Part shown: in pieces, positions 36,237 through 44,890 of the stretch | Numbering within the stretch: the stretch's first letter is position 1 | Layout of the letters: every line of letters starts with the position of its first letter | Assembly: GCA_045605805.1 (NCBI GenBank) | Contig: JAZUQR010000021.1 | Coordinates: 64,001 to 128,000, forward strand | Source of the DNA: Alphaproteobacteria bacterium | GTDB taxonomy: Bacteria > Pseudomonadota > Alphaproteobacteria > CAAHEQ01 > UBA3637 | Reading direction: 5' to 3' | DNA: 64,000 nt | Program-made: the position numbers and the translations under genes | Notes under the pieces: model-generated | The model's input: only the letters and a program-made list of their open reading frames with translations | Databases searched by the model: none | What the model was told of the DNA's origin: nothing

Positions 36237-36827
36237 ATGATTTATGGGTATTGTAGATGTTCAACAGGGAAACAAACGGTTAGCCATCAGCACTATGAGG
36301 TTCAAAAGTTTGCCAAGGAGAATGGGGTTCAAATTGATGAGTGGGTAGAAGAAACCATAACTTCCCGAAAACCACTTGCCAAAAGAAGATTGGGTGAGTT
36401 GTTAAATAATATGAAGGAACATGACATCCTAATCACACCCGAGATCTCACGCATTGGTAGAAGTTTGCTTGAGGTCATGTCAATCTTACAGACCTGTTTA
36501 GAAAAGAATTGCCAGATATGGACGATTAAAGAGAACTATCGTTTAGGTGCTGATATCCAAAGTAAAGTGTTAGCTTTTGCCTTTGGGCTTGCGGCAGAGA
36601 TCGAGCGTAATCTTATTTCACAGCGGACAAAGGCAAGTTTGGAATCATTGAAAAAAGATGGTAAAAAACTCGGTCGACCATTTGGTTCTAAAAACAGAGC
36701 GTTGAAACTCTCTAAAAACCGCACAAAGATCAACAATCTTCTTGCCAAAGGATTGCCCAAATCCCAGATTGCTCGTATCCTCGGTGTAGATAAAATGACA
36801 ATGTACAGATTCCTTCGTGAGAATTAA
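36237..36827 (+). CDS. Serine recombinase (Mpi-like), paralogue of 24515-25111
   Basis: IYGYCRCST, EISRIGRS, near-identical KEN(Y/F)RLGADIQSKVLAFAFGL block, C-terminal HTH. Confidence 0.92.
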   Translation: MIYGYCRCSTGKQTVSHQHYEVQKFAKENGVQIDEWVEETITSRKPLAKRRLGELLNNMKEHDILITPEISRIGRSLLEVMSILQTCLEKNCQIWTIKENYRLGADIQSKVLAFAFGLAAEIERNLISQRTKASLESLKKDGKKLGRPFGSKNRALKLSKNRTKINNLLAKGLPKSQIARILGVDKMTMYRFLREN

Positions 36828-36900
36828 AAAGGTTATTAAAATTACATTTTTAAATCATTTTCCTATAAATACAAATGTCTATAAGATATAGGAGATACTT

Positions 36901-37335
36901 GTGAATATAAACTTTGAAGAAATAACCGAGAAATTAAAACATATACAGGATAAATTGAAGAAACCAGAACAAACCGTGCCACCTGTGGAGAATACGCAGA
37001 AATCCATAGATGAAGAGGTAGCAGAGGAACTCAGCTGTCCTCGCAACCAACAGCAAACAGAGGATGCGCAGTTCATCACAAAATGCTATCGTTACCTAAA
37101 GAAATTAGGTTATGTCGACAGTCAGTACCAGTTCTCTGAACAGTTCTTAAACAAGAACAAATACTACTTTGGAATGATCCTCTGCGAACAGAGACATCCC
37201 TCCATTGATTCAGTCCATAATCTAATACACAATATCAGTGCCTTGAATGATAACTTTGGTAAACAGTTATACCTTGATCGACTTTATGAAGAGGGGCAGT
37301 CCATCATTACAAAGCGACTTTTAAAATATCTATGA
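36901..37335 (+). CDS. Hypothetical protein
   Basis: 144-aa ORF, GGAG RBS, GTG start. Confidence 0.6.
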   Translation: MNINFEEITEKLKHIQDKLKKPEQTVPPVENTQKSIDEEVAEELSCPRNQQQTEDAQFITKCYRYLKKLGYVDSQYQFSEQFLNKNKYYFGMILCEQRHPSIDSVHNLIHNISALNDNFGKQLYLDRLYEEGQSIITKRLLKYL

Positions 37336-37541
37336 CACCTGCCAATTTGTCAATTGAAGTGCCCCTTGACAGGAAGACAAATACTCATTGAATTCTTTAG
37401 GAAAATTAGTCCCAAAAGACAGTTACAATTTGATGCCAATCATCACCTATAATCAGGGGTGTAACACAAGAAAAAAAACGGAAAAAATGGCCTTCAAAAT
37501 CCTTAACAAATTCAGTTCCCTATTTTGGGTTCCCAAAGGCG

Positions 37542-37561
37542 TCTCACCTGCGGCACCATTT
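37542..37561 (+). repeat. att core, distal copy (tRNA-Thr 3' end)
   Basis: Identical to 11820-11839; followed by terminator AAAAGAGCCCC-ATTTTT-GGGGCTTTTTT. Confidence 0.92.
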
Positions 37562-37703
37562 AAAAAGAGCCCCATTTTTGGGGCTTTTTTTTAATGCGTA
37601 TCACAAGTGGGAGAGGACTCACGGGGGCAACGTGAAGTCCAAGCCGAAAGGCGAAAGGGGCCCATTGGAACAATGGGAATTTACATTCTCACCTGCGGCA
37701 CCA
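37562..37703. mobile_element. 142-bp structured mini-element ending in a third tRNA-Thr 3' copy
   Basis: ATTCTCACCTGCGGCACCA at 37685-37703 equals 11818-11836; three internal hairpins. Confidence 0.6.
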
Positions 37704-37820
37704 GGTGATAAAGCCCTCAACGAAATGAGGGCTTTTACTTTTGTTTGCAAGCCTTTCCACGAGTCCGATAGTGATAACCTCAAAAAATGCTAAAATTCCT
37801 CAATTATCGGACTCTTAAAA
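37698..37820. repeat. Inter-cassette repeat, copy A
   Basis: GCACCA-GGTGATAAAGCCCTCAA..TGAGGGCTTT..AAGCCTTTCCACGAGTCCGATA..AATTATCGGACTCTTAAA; segments shared with copies B-D. Confidence 0.85.
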
Positions 37821-37845
37821 TCTGATTTTCTGAAATTTCAAGATA

Positions 37846-39252
37846 TTAAAATCTGAAATAAATAAACGGGTTATAGGTGGATGCTGCGATAGAAGATACT
37901 GACAGTATGAATAAAATCATAATCCACAAATTCAGACAGATATGAAAAAGTTTATTTTTAGGGCTATAAACGCAATTTTTGAAAATGGGCATTGAACAAA
38001 GTATAGCTATAATAAAAACAAGGATTTCTATATTGCCAATATAATACTTAACATCATAAAGGGAATTGACATTTAACATACCAAACATATTTTGAATATA
38101 ACTTAAAGCATAAGATAAGTTTTCTGAACGGAACATAACCCAGCCAATGAGAACAACAAACAAAGCGTAAAGGTGTTGTAATGGAAACAGTTTTTTGTTT
38201 TCAATTTTATACCAACCTGTCAGTTTTTCAAAAATATTAAACAATCCATGCCACAAACCCCACACCACAAAGTTCCAGCTGGCACCATGCCAAATACCTG
38301 TTGCAAGAAACACGATAAAAAGGTTGAAATATGTATGCGCACATCCTTTACGATTACCACCCAACGGAATATACAAATAATTTTTAAACCACGAAGACAA
38401 TGAAATATGCCATCTGCGCCAAAATTCTGTAATAGATTTAGAAATATAGGGATAGTTAAAGTTTTCCAAAAATTTAAATCCAAAAATGGAACCTAGTCCA
38501 ATCGCCATATCCGAATAACCAGAGAAATCATAAAATAGTTGAAAACTATAAGCGATAGCACCCATCCAAGCAATGGCTGGTGAAAAAGAAGTCACAGGAC
38601 TATCAAAAATCTTATCCGCCACTGCGCCCAATGTATTCGCCAGCAACACTTTTTTTGCCAGTCCAACAATAAAACGTTTGACCCCATACACAATTTTATC
38701 AAAAGTTTCTTGTCGTCTATCAATTTGATCCGCTACATCTGCATATTGAACAATAGGCCCAGCAATTAATTGAGGGAATAAGCAGATATAGAGAGCCAAT
38801 TTGGCAACATTCTTTTGCACCTTTACAACGCCACGGTATACATCTATCAAGTAAGACATTGCTTGAAAAGTATAAAATGAAATACCAATGGGCATGATAA
38901 CTTGTATCATGTTGAAGTCGGCTGTAAACAAGGTATTGAAATTATCCACAATAAAATTGAAATATTTGAAGTAAATTAAAAAAGAAAGGTCTGCTAAAAC
39001 AGTTAGTCCAAGAATAGATTTTTTATGGTTTGAAAAGTTATTTAAAAACAATGCGCCCATATAATTGATCACAATCGTGGCCAACATGATGACGACATAA
39101 CGTGGCTCTCCCCATACATAAAAGAAAATGCTGGCTAATAATAACAAATAATTTTTATATTTTGTTTTTGGAAAAAATTTGCAAATTCCTGAATACAGAG
39201 CGCATAAAATGGGTAAAAATAAAAAGATAAATGTCATTGATGAAAACAGCAT
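37846..39252 (-). CDS. MBOAT O-acyltransferase (AlgI/PatA-like)
   Basis: PIGISFYTFQ, FPQLIAGPI, DFSGYSDMAIG, EFWRRWHISLSSWF, WHGA, PFIYFRF. Confidence 0.95.
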   Translation of the reverse strand: MLFSSMTFIFLFLPILCALYSGICKFFPKTKYKNYLLLLASIFFYVWGEPRYVVIMLATIVINYMGALFLNNFSNHKKSILGLTVLADLSFLIYFKYFNFIVDNFNTLFTADFNMIQVIMPIGISFYTFQAMSYLIDVYRGVVKVQKNVAKLALYICLFPQLIAGPIVQYADVADQIDRRQETFDKIVYGVKRFIVGLAKKVLLANTLGAVADKIFDSPVTSFSPAIAWMGAIAYSFQLFYDFSGYSDMAIGLGSIFGFKFLENFNYPYISKSITEFWRRWHISLSSWFKNYLYIPLGGNRKGCAHTYFNLFIVFLATGIWHGASWNFVVWGLWHGLFNIFEKLTGWYKIENKKLFPLQHLYALFVVLIGWVMFRSENLSYALSYIQNMFGMLNVNSLYDVKYYIGNIEILVFIIAILCSMPIFKNCVYSPKNKLFHICLNLWIMILFILSVSSIAASTYNPFIYFRF

Positions 39253-39253
39253 T

Positions 39254-40396
39254 CTAATCCTCCGGAAATTTCAAGGAAAGCAGTGAGGGAATGTATCGCT
39301 CCACTGTTTCTAAAATGATAATATCAGCATTATTTTTAATATACTCCAAATCTGTTTTTGTAATACCCCATCTCCATTCATACTTCACAAAGGAAAAAGT
39401 GTTATTCAAATATCTAGTTAAAGCAGTAGTGAAGGAATCACGAAAAACAACAACTTTTAAAGGCTTGGATTTATTTTTACACTCAAATCCTTTTCTCTGA
39501 TCCTTATCCTCAGTTTGATATTTACAAAGAGATTCATTCGTCATTTCTGGTTCCAAATACTCAGATTGATCTTTTGAAATCGCAAAATTTATCATTTTTG
39601 ATAGATCACCTGTTTCATGTAAAACTTTCTTATATTTGCTGGGATATATGTTTTTGATGTTCTTATGATCTTTTTTTATAACATTTAAGAGTTCTGAATA
39701 GGCTATATATGATCCAAAGTCGTTCCAATGCGTATCTTGTTTATAGTATAAAAGTCCTTTTGCTTTATTATTTAAAAGTGATTGATATGGGTAAACAACT
39801 TTTACCGAAGTATTTTCTTTTAGGTATTTAATAAATTGATTAGCTCGGCTTTCTTTATTTGGACGAATTTTTCTTAAAGATGTAATATGTTCACCATAGA
39901 TTTTGTTTTTATCTGGCGCAATCAAGTAGTAAAATGATTTACCGTTTTGCCTTGACCAATTATCAATATCCGACAAATACTGGGAAACGATCTTTAATTC
40001 TTCTTCTGAAAAAACAGTTTTGTTTTGAAAATTATCCAGCGAGTTATCTCCTTTATAAAATAACCAACCATCATTGCCATAATACACCAGTTCGTTTGAT
40101 GAAAAATTATCTAAAAGCTTTTTTAGCTTCGTGTGATAATGTATTAATTTTCTGCGTCCATTAAAACGGTCATTAAACCAACTTTCAAATTCTGAAGTAA
40201 ATTTTTCATTAAAGTGATTTTCTACAAAAAGAACGGGAAATTTAGCCAAAACCCTATTCTCCCTTTTTGACACATTCTCATGGGAGATCTTAGTCATAGG
40301 AATAAACAATCAAAGAAAAAACAAGCCTACAAAGATTTTATCAATTATTTTTGGGCGCAATTTTTGTTGTAATTCTCTTATTTTTCTCATTCTCAT
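39254..40396 (-). pseudogene. AlgJ/AlgX-like SGNH O-acetyltransferase with an in-frame TGA in its membrane anchor
   Basis: ENRVLA, G.DGWLFY, APDKNKIY, DTHWN..G, RDSF; reading from ATG 40396 gives ...IFVGLFFL*LFIPM (TGA 40312-40310). Confidence 0.7.
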
Positions 40397-40440
40397 GGAA
40401 TGAAGTATACAATTTTGTGTTTCCAAATTCAAGGCAAAAA

Positions 40441-40767
40441 TTTCTCAATTTCTCTTTTAATTCTTCTGTGATTTGAGTCCGATACTGCGCAAATCCAAAT
40501 AATCCAGTGAATTATTTGGACGCGCAAAGCAATGAGACACGATGAATTCAAACGGTAGTGTAGAATGAATTGATGTCGGAATTGAAAGCAGCCCGCACCA
40601 TGTGATAAAGCCCTCAATCAAATGAGGGCTTTTTTGTAAGCCTTTCCACAAGTCCGGTGGCAAGGGAGGCATTTGTGTTGCGCAGACAGGACGCCGTAGG
40701 CGGTCCCGAATATAATGAGGGATAAATTGTGCGTCAGCCAATTTACATACACCGATTGTTAAAAATC
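40441..40767. repeat. Inter-cassette repeat, copy B (longest)
   Basis: Left end shared with D, terminator part with A, 42-bp core (40651-40692) with C and D, right part with C. Confidence 0.9.
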
Positions 40768-40880
40768 ACCAAAATTCGTGGGGGAATCAGATGGATGATT
40801 TGTATAGCCAGCTTCGTGGTCAACACATCCTTGACATTTTTTTAAAAAATGATAAAATGTTCAGCCAGGAGGATATGATC

Positions 40881-41354
40881 ATGGCGACAATTCATTGTAT
40901 GTGCGGTTACATCGGTTTTGGAAAAACAACTGTTGCAAGAAAATTAGAAAAGCAATATAACGCGAAACGTTTTACCCCTGATGAGTTGATGATACAACTA
41001 TATGGAACGGATGTAAGTTGCGACTTTATGGATAAAGCAAATCAACTGAATATATATATCTGGAAAGAAATAGAAAAATCTTTGCAACAGAAACAAGATG
41101 TGATTTACGATGCTGGCTCGTGGAGTATTCAAGATAGACAATATGTTATGCAAATGTCCAAAAAATTGAAAGCAAATGTTGTTTGGCATCAAGTGCAATG
41201 TAGTATAGAAACTGCCAAAAAACGTACTTTAACAAGAGCACAAAAATTAGGAGAGTTGTCTATTGATGAAAAATTTTTTGATGAAAATTTAAAAAACTAT
41301 ACTCCTATTGAAACAAAAGAGCACTTAACTGTTGTTTTTCACAAAGGTGACTAA
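40881..41354 (+). CDS. P-loop kinase-like ATP-binding protein (AAA_33-type)
   Basis: MCGYIGFGKTT, F.PDE, VIYDAG.W...R; AGGAGG RBS; upstream TTGACA-16 nt-TAAAAT. Confidence 0.85.
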   Translation: MATIHCMCGYIGFGKTTVARKLEKQYNAKRFTPDELMIQLYGTDVSCDFMDKANQLNIYIWKEIEKSLQQKQDVIYDAGSWSIQDRQYVMQMSKKLKANVVWHQVQCSIETAKKRTLTRAQKLGELSIDEKFFDENLKNYTPIETKEHLTVVFHKGD

Positions 41355-41559
41355 TACAATAAATAATATAAAAGTAGCTAAAAAAATGGGATTTAATACG
41401 GTACTATGTAATCAAGACAAAAGAATACCAGAAGCAGATTATAGTATGACTCAATCAGAAACACAATTGGCACAATGCATAGAATTTTTTGCCCTTAAGC
41501 ATGCAAACAAGTTAACATTTATTCAAGCCCCTCGTTGCGTCAATACTGTTAGATCTTAA
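41347..41559 (+). pseudogene. C-terminal fragment of a HAD-like hydrolase
   Basis: NNIKVAKKMGFNTVL...EADY resembles the HAD motif IV tail; N-terminal motifs absent. Confidence 0.35.
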
Positions 41560-41573
41560 AACCTTTTATTTTT

Positions 41574-41831
41574 TTAAACGCTTGGATGTTTGTGTATAAC
41601 ATTGTTAAGTTGATTCGCAGATAATACGCCGTTCCATCTACCCGTATACAGCTGCAACTCCACATTACAACATTTTTCTAGCCTCGAAGAAATCCTCTTC
41701 CATAAACACTTTTCTTTTGTTGGATCATGTACAATAAAATGAAAAAACTCAACACCTAATTCTGTATAATGATTTAGATATTTCTTTAATAGAGTATCAT
41801 TTTCGCCAATGACTGAACATAAACGAATCAT
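41574..41831 (-). pseudogene. Truncated glycosyltransferase-like N-terminal fragment
   Basis: LLKKYLNHYTELGVEFFHFIVHD resembles the start of GT2-like/GT92 proteins; only 85 aa. Confidence 0.5.
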
Positions 41832-42388
41832 TTATTTAACTTTCTCACTGGTTTTGCTGGCGCACCATAAGCAAGCGTATTAGCTGGAATATTCTTAGTC
41901 ACAACACTCCCTGCACCAATCACTGAGTTAGCACCAATTTTCACGCCACCCAAAATTGTAACATTTGCCCCAATCCAAACGTTGTTTCCAATCTCTATCG
42001 GAGCAGCAGTTTGCCATCCTTCAGCGCGTTCTTTAGGATTAAGAGGATGTGTCGCTGTATACAAACCGACATATGGTCCTACGATGACGCCATTCCCAAT
42101 TTTAACCAAGGCCCCATCTCCTATTGATAAATGATGGTTAAAATAACAATTATCGCCGATTTCTGTGGCCTGTCCATAATCTACATTCATTGGAACTTCA
42201 AACCAAGTATTTTTCCCTAATTTTCTAAACAGTTTTGGTAATAATTCCTCATGTAAGCGCATTGTTTCCTTTGGACCACAAGCATTGACTTCTTTCAGCA
42301 AAAATGCGGCCTCAATTTTTGCTCCTTGCAACTCATCTTCATAACCTTTGTAGCGAACTCCACACTTTATCGGTAATTTTGTCATCAA
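41828..42388 (-). CDS. Sugar O-acetyltransferase (Maa/LacA family)
   Basis: VDYG..TEIG, YTATHPL...R, PIEIGNNVWIG, IGAGSVVTK. Confidence 0.92.
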   Translation of the reverse strand: MMTKLPIKCGVRYKGYEDELQGAKIEAAFLLKEVNACGPKETMRLHEELLPKLFRKLGKNTWFEVPMNVDYGQATEIGDNCYFNHHLSIGDGALVKIGNGVIVGPYVGLYTATHPLNPKERAEGWQTAAPIEIGNNVWIGANVTILGGVKIGANSVIGAGSVVTKNIPANTLAYGAPAKPVRKLNK

Positions 42389-42526
42389 GACCTCCTTTTT
42401 AGGAAATTATATATCAAAATGAATCAATTAGCAATATGAGTTTCAAAGTGATATTAAGAAAAAGCAAATCCCTCGTCAAGCGACAAGGGAGATGTGATAA
42501 AAAGGGGAGCTGTCTTCAAGGTGTAT

Positions 42527-42703
42527 TTATAGGGTGGATTGGTTTAACATTGTCTCCAGCTGTTCCTTACTCACACCATTTTTGTAAAAGATGTTCTCCA
42601 AAGCACTAACCCTATGTTTAAGTGTGGCAAGTTCTGCCTCTAACTTTTGAACACGCATGGTTAGTTCCTGATTAGATAGGACTAAATCAGTTCGTTCATT
42701 GAC
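42527..42703 (-). pseudogene. 3' fragment of a homologue of the wHTH/coiled-coil gene at 18506-19039
   Basis: ~118 bp match to ~18555-18673 with about 5 mismatches; frame continues FYKNGVSKEQLETMLNQSTL*. Confidence 0.88.
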
Positions 42704-42727
42704 AAATAAAGTAAAAGAATGTAAAAT
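42699..42727 (+). promoter_or_regulatory. Sigma70-type promoter of the S66 peptidase gene
   Basis: TTGACA-17 nt-TAAAAT. Confidence 0.7.
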
Positions 42728-42750
42728 ATTTCAAAATCCAAGGAGGGAAC

Positions 42751-43827
42751 ATGAAAACACTGATAAAACCAAAAGCATTAAAAACGGGTGATACCATTGC
42801 CAGTATTTCTTTGTCATCTGGAACTGCTGGTTTATTTCCAAAACGGTATGAACAAGGCGTCAAACAAATTGAAGAATCCTTTGGGGTAAAAGTTATTCCT
42901 ACACCGCATGCCCTTTGTTCCCCTGAAGAAGTTTATGAACATCCAGAATGGCGATTGGCGGATTTTATGTGGGCTTTTGAAAATCCTGAAGTGAAAGGTA
43001 TCTTGTCTAATATTGGCGGAGATGATACCCTTCGTATGTTACCTTTAATGAACGAAAAGCACTTTGAAACCATTTATAATAATCCCAAAATTTTTATGGG
43101 ACTGTCAGACACAACGGTCAATCACATGATGTGTTTGAAAGCTGGTCTTACAAGTTTTTATTCCCCATCCTTGCTGTTTGGCTATGCAGAAAATGGGGGG
43201 ATTCCTGACATTATGGTAGAAAATACAAAGAAAACTTTATTTTCAACCACCCCTGTGGGAATCTTGCCCGAAAGTAAAGAATTCATTGTAGAAAATGTAG
43301 ATTGGGGATTAGACAGTCCCCCTATGCGTGAAAGGATTCCTTCAACTCCATGGCGTTATATTCAAGGAGATTCCGTTGTCTGTGGCCCCTTGATTGGTGG
43401 ATGTGCAGATGTTATGATGAATACAATTATTGGAACAAAGTTGTGGCCAGAACTGGATGATTTTAACAATGCTATTTTGTTCTTGGAGGATTCTGAAGAA
43501 CAACCGCCTGCGGATTGGGTACTGTATTGGATGAGAAATCTGGGGGCTCAAGGTATTTTGGAACGATTGTCAGGACTTTTATTTGCCCGTCCTGGAAATG
43601 CTCGCTTTCAAAATAAAGAAGAAGAACAAAAGTGGTTGGCTAAATATCCTGAATTTGATAAAGCAATCTTAAAAGGATTGAAAGAGTTTGGCAGAACAGA
43701 TTTACCTGTCGTCACCAATATGGATTATGGACATACCTTGCCGCAACTCATTCTTCCCTATGGTGTTATGGCTGAAATTAATCCACAGAAGAAAACTGTT
43801 TCACTGCTGGAAAGTGGTGTGATATAA
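42751..43827 (+). CDS. S66 family peptidase (MccF/LD-carboxypeptidase-like)
   Basis: IKPKALKTGDTIA, IGGDD, FMGLSDTT (Ser), LFLEDSEE (Glu), DYGHTLPQ (His). Confidence 0.93.
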   Translation: MKTLIKPKALKTGDTIASISLSSGTAGLFPKRYEQGVKQIEESFGVKVIPTPHALCSPEEVYEHPEWRLADFMWAFENPEVKGILSNIGGDDTLRMLPLMNEKHFETIYNNPKIFMGLSDTTVNHMMCLKAGLTSFYSPSLLFGYAENGGIPDIMVENTKKTLFSTTPVGILPESKEFIVENVDWGLDSPPMRERIPSTPWRYIQGDSVVCGPLIGGCADVMMNTIIGTKLWPELDDFNNAILFLEDSEEQPPADWVLYWMRNLGAQGILERLSGLLFARPGNARFQNKEEEQKWLAKYPEFDKAILKGLKEFGRTDLPVVTNMDYGHTLPQLILPYGVMAEINPQKKTVSLLESGVI

Positions 43828-43896
43828 TTATTTGATTCCAAAAATGAATCACGGGGGGATAAATACCTTTATAATCAGTGGTGGAACACTAAAAAA

Positions 43897-44057
43897 ATGT
43901 GATAAAGCCTTTCCACGAGTCCGGTGGCAAGGGAGGCATTTGTGTTGCGCAGACAGGACACAAGAGACAATCCCGAACAAAGCGAGGGATAAATTGTGCG
44001 TCAGCCAATTTACATACACCGATTGTTAAAAATCGCAAATTATCGGACTCTTAAATC
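43897..44057. repeat. Inter-cassette repeat, copy C
   Basis: TGTGATAAAGCCTTTCCACGAGTCCGGTGGC...; 42-bp core 43918-43959; ends AATTATCGGACTCTTAAA like copy A. Confidence 0.9.
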
Positions 44058-44109
44058 AAAAAATAACCTCTACCCGAATAATGGTAGAGGTTTTGAAAGA
44101 GATTCAATA

Positions 44110-44595
44110 CTATCCTATCTTTTGTTCCAAAGGATCTGGACCATACTTATTCGGCCCTTTTGTTCCTTTAACAAATAACTGAATTAAAGACAATAGAGCA
44201 AAACCCCATTGTGCATAATCGTGAATATATGCAACTGTTAGGAAAAGCTCCATTTGTTTTGTTAATAATGCAAGCAAATAAAAAAATGGTAGGATAGAAC
44301 AAGCAAATGTGATCAAACACATCCAACCGGATAAGTTCAAGTCGTGCCATCTTTTAACACATACCATTAGATATTTCCAATAGAGATACCCTGCCCACGC
44401 TATAAACAATATACCAACAGCAATACCAGCAAATTCTCCTACCATTCCTGATACAAAACCAGAAGTAAATGTTCCAAACAATAAAACTAAGAAAGTATAT
44501 ACGAATATGCATATAGAACTTATTAAATACTCTTTTCTATTGACACGTCCAACAGGACTATTAGGCTTTCCCCATGCGGGATTATCTTTAGACAT
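44110..44595 (-). CDS. DUF805 membrane protein
   Basis: GRVNRKEY, VKRWHDLNLSGW, KGTKGPNKYGPDPL. Confidence 0.9.
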   Translation of the reverse strand: MSKDNPAWGKPNSPVGRVNRKEYLISSICIFVYTFLVLLFGTFTSGFVSGMVGEFAGIAVGILFIAWAGYLYWKYLMVCVKRWHDLNLSGWMCLITFACSILPFFYLLALLTKQMELFLTVAYIHDYAQWGFALLSLIQLFVKGTKGPNKYGPDPLEQKIG

Positions 44596-44663
44596 TTTAC
44601 AACTCCTTTTTTAAGATTAAACACATATCCATGTAATCATAAATTAGAAATTATGTCAACACC

Positions 44664-44825
44664 TTTCTCAATTTCTCTTTTAATTCTTCTGTGAGTTGAG
44701 TCCGATACTGCGCAAAGCAGCCCGCACCATGTGATAAAGCCTTTCGCCAAGTCCGGTGGCAAGGGAGGCATTTGTGTTGCGCAGACAGGACGCCGTAGAC
44801 GGTCCCGAACAAAGCGAGAGATAAA
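44664..44825. repeat. Inter-cassette repeat, copy D
   Basis: Deletion derivative of copy B; 42-bp core 44750-44791. Confidence 0.9.
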
Positions 44826-44890
44826 AATGAGTTGACATATGTTGAGCATACAATATAATAAATTGAAACAATGCAACACAAGGTATCACC

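Larger units (their letters stand above)
11820..37561. mobile_element. Integrative element (~25.7 kb) in the 3' end of tRNA-Thr
   Basis: 20-bp direct repeat TCTCACCTGCGGCACCATTT at 11820-11839 and 37542-37561, adjacent tyrosine integrase, arm-like repeats near both ends, AT-rich cargo. Confidence 0.92.

Noticed and set aside
11820-37561. Intact prophage or ICE
   Set aside because: No terminase, capsid, tail, lysis, relaxase or T4SS genes are recognisable.
37630-37680. Hammerhead ribozyme suggested by GCCGAAAGGCGAAA
   Set aside because: The required CTGANGA core before stem II is absent (sequence reads GTCCAA).
40310-40312. Genome-wide TGA recoding
   Set aside because: Conserved genes such as gcrA and polA end in TGA at the expected positions, and other genes show no internal TGA.
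40429-40741. Short ORFs across repeat copies B, C and D with similar translations (e.g. 40457-40741, 44637-44879)
   Set aside because: The similarity comes from the non-coding repeat; reading frames are not preserved between copies.
37698-44825. Classical integron attC array
   Set aside because: No consistent RYYYAAC/GTTRRRY box pairs, cassettes occur in both orientations, and no IntI-type integrase is visible; kept only as an analogy.
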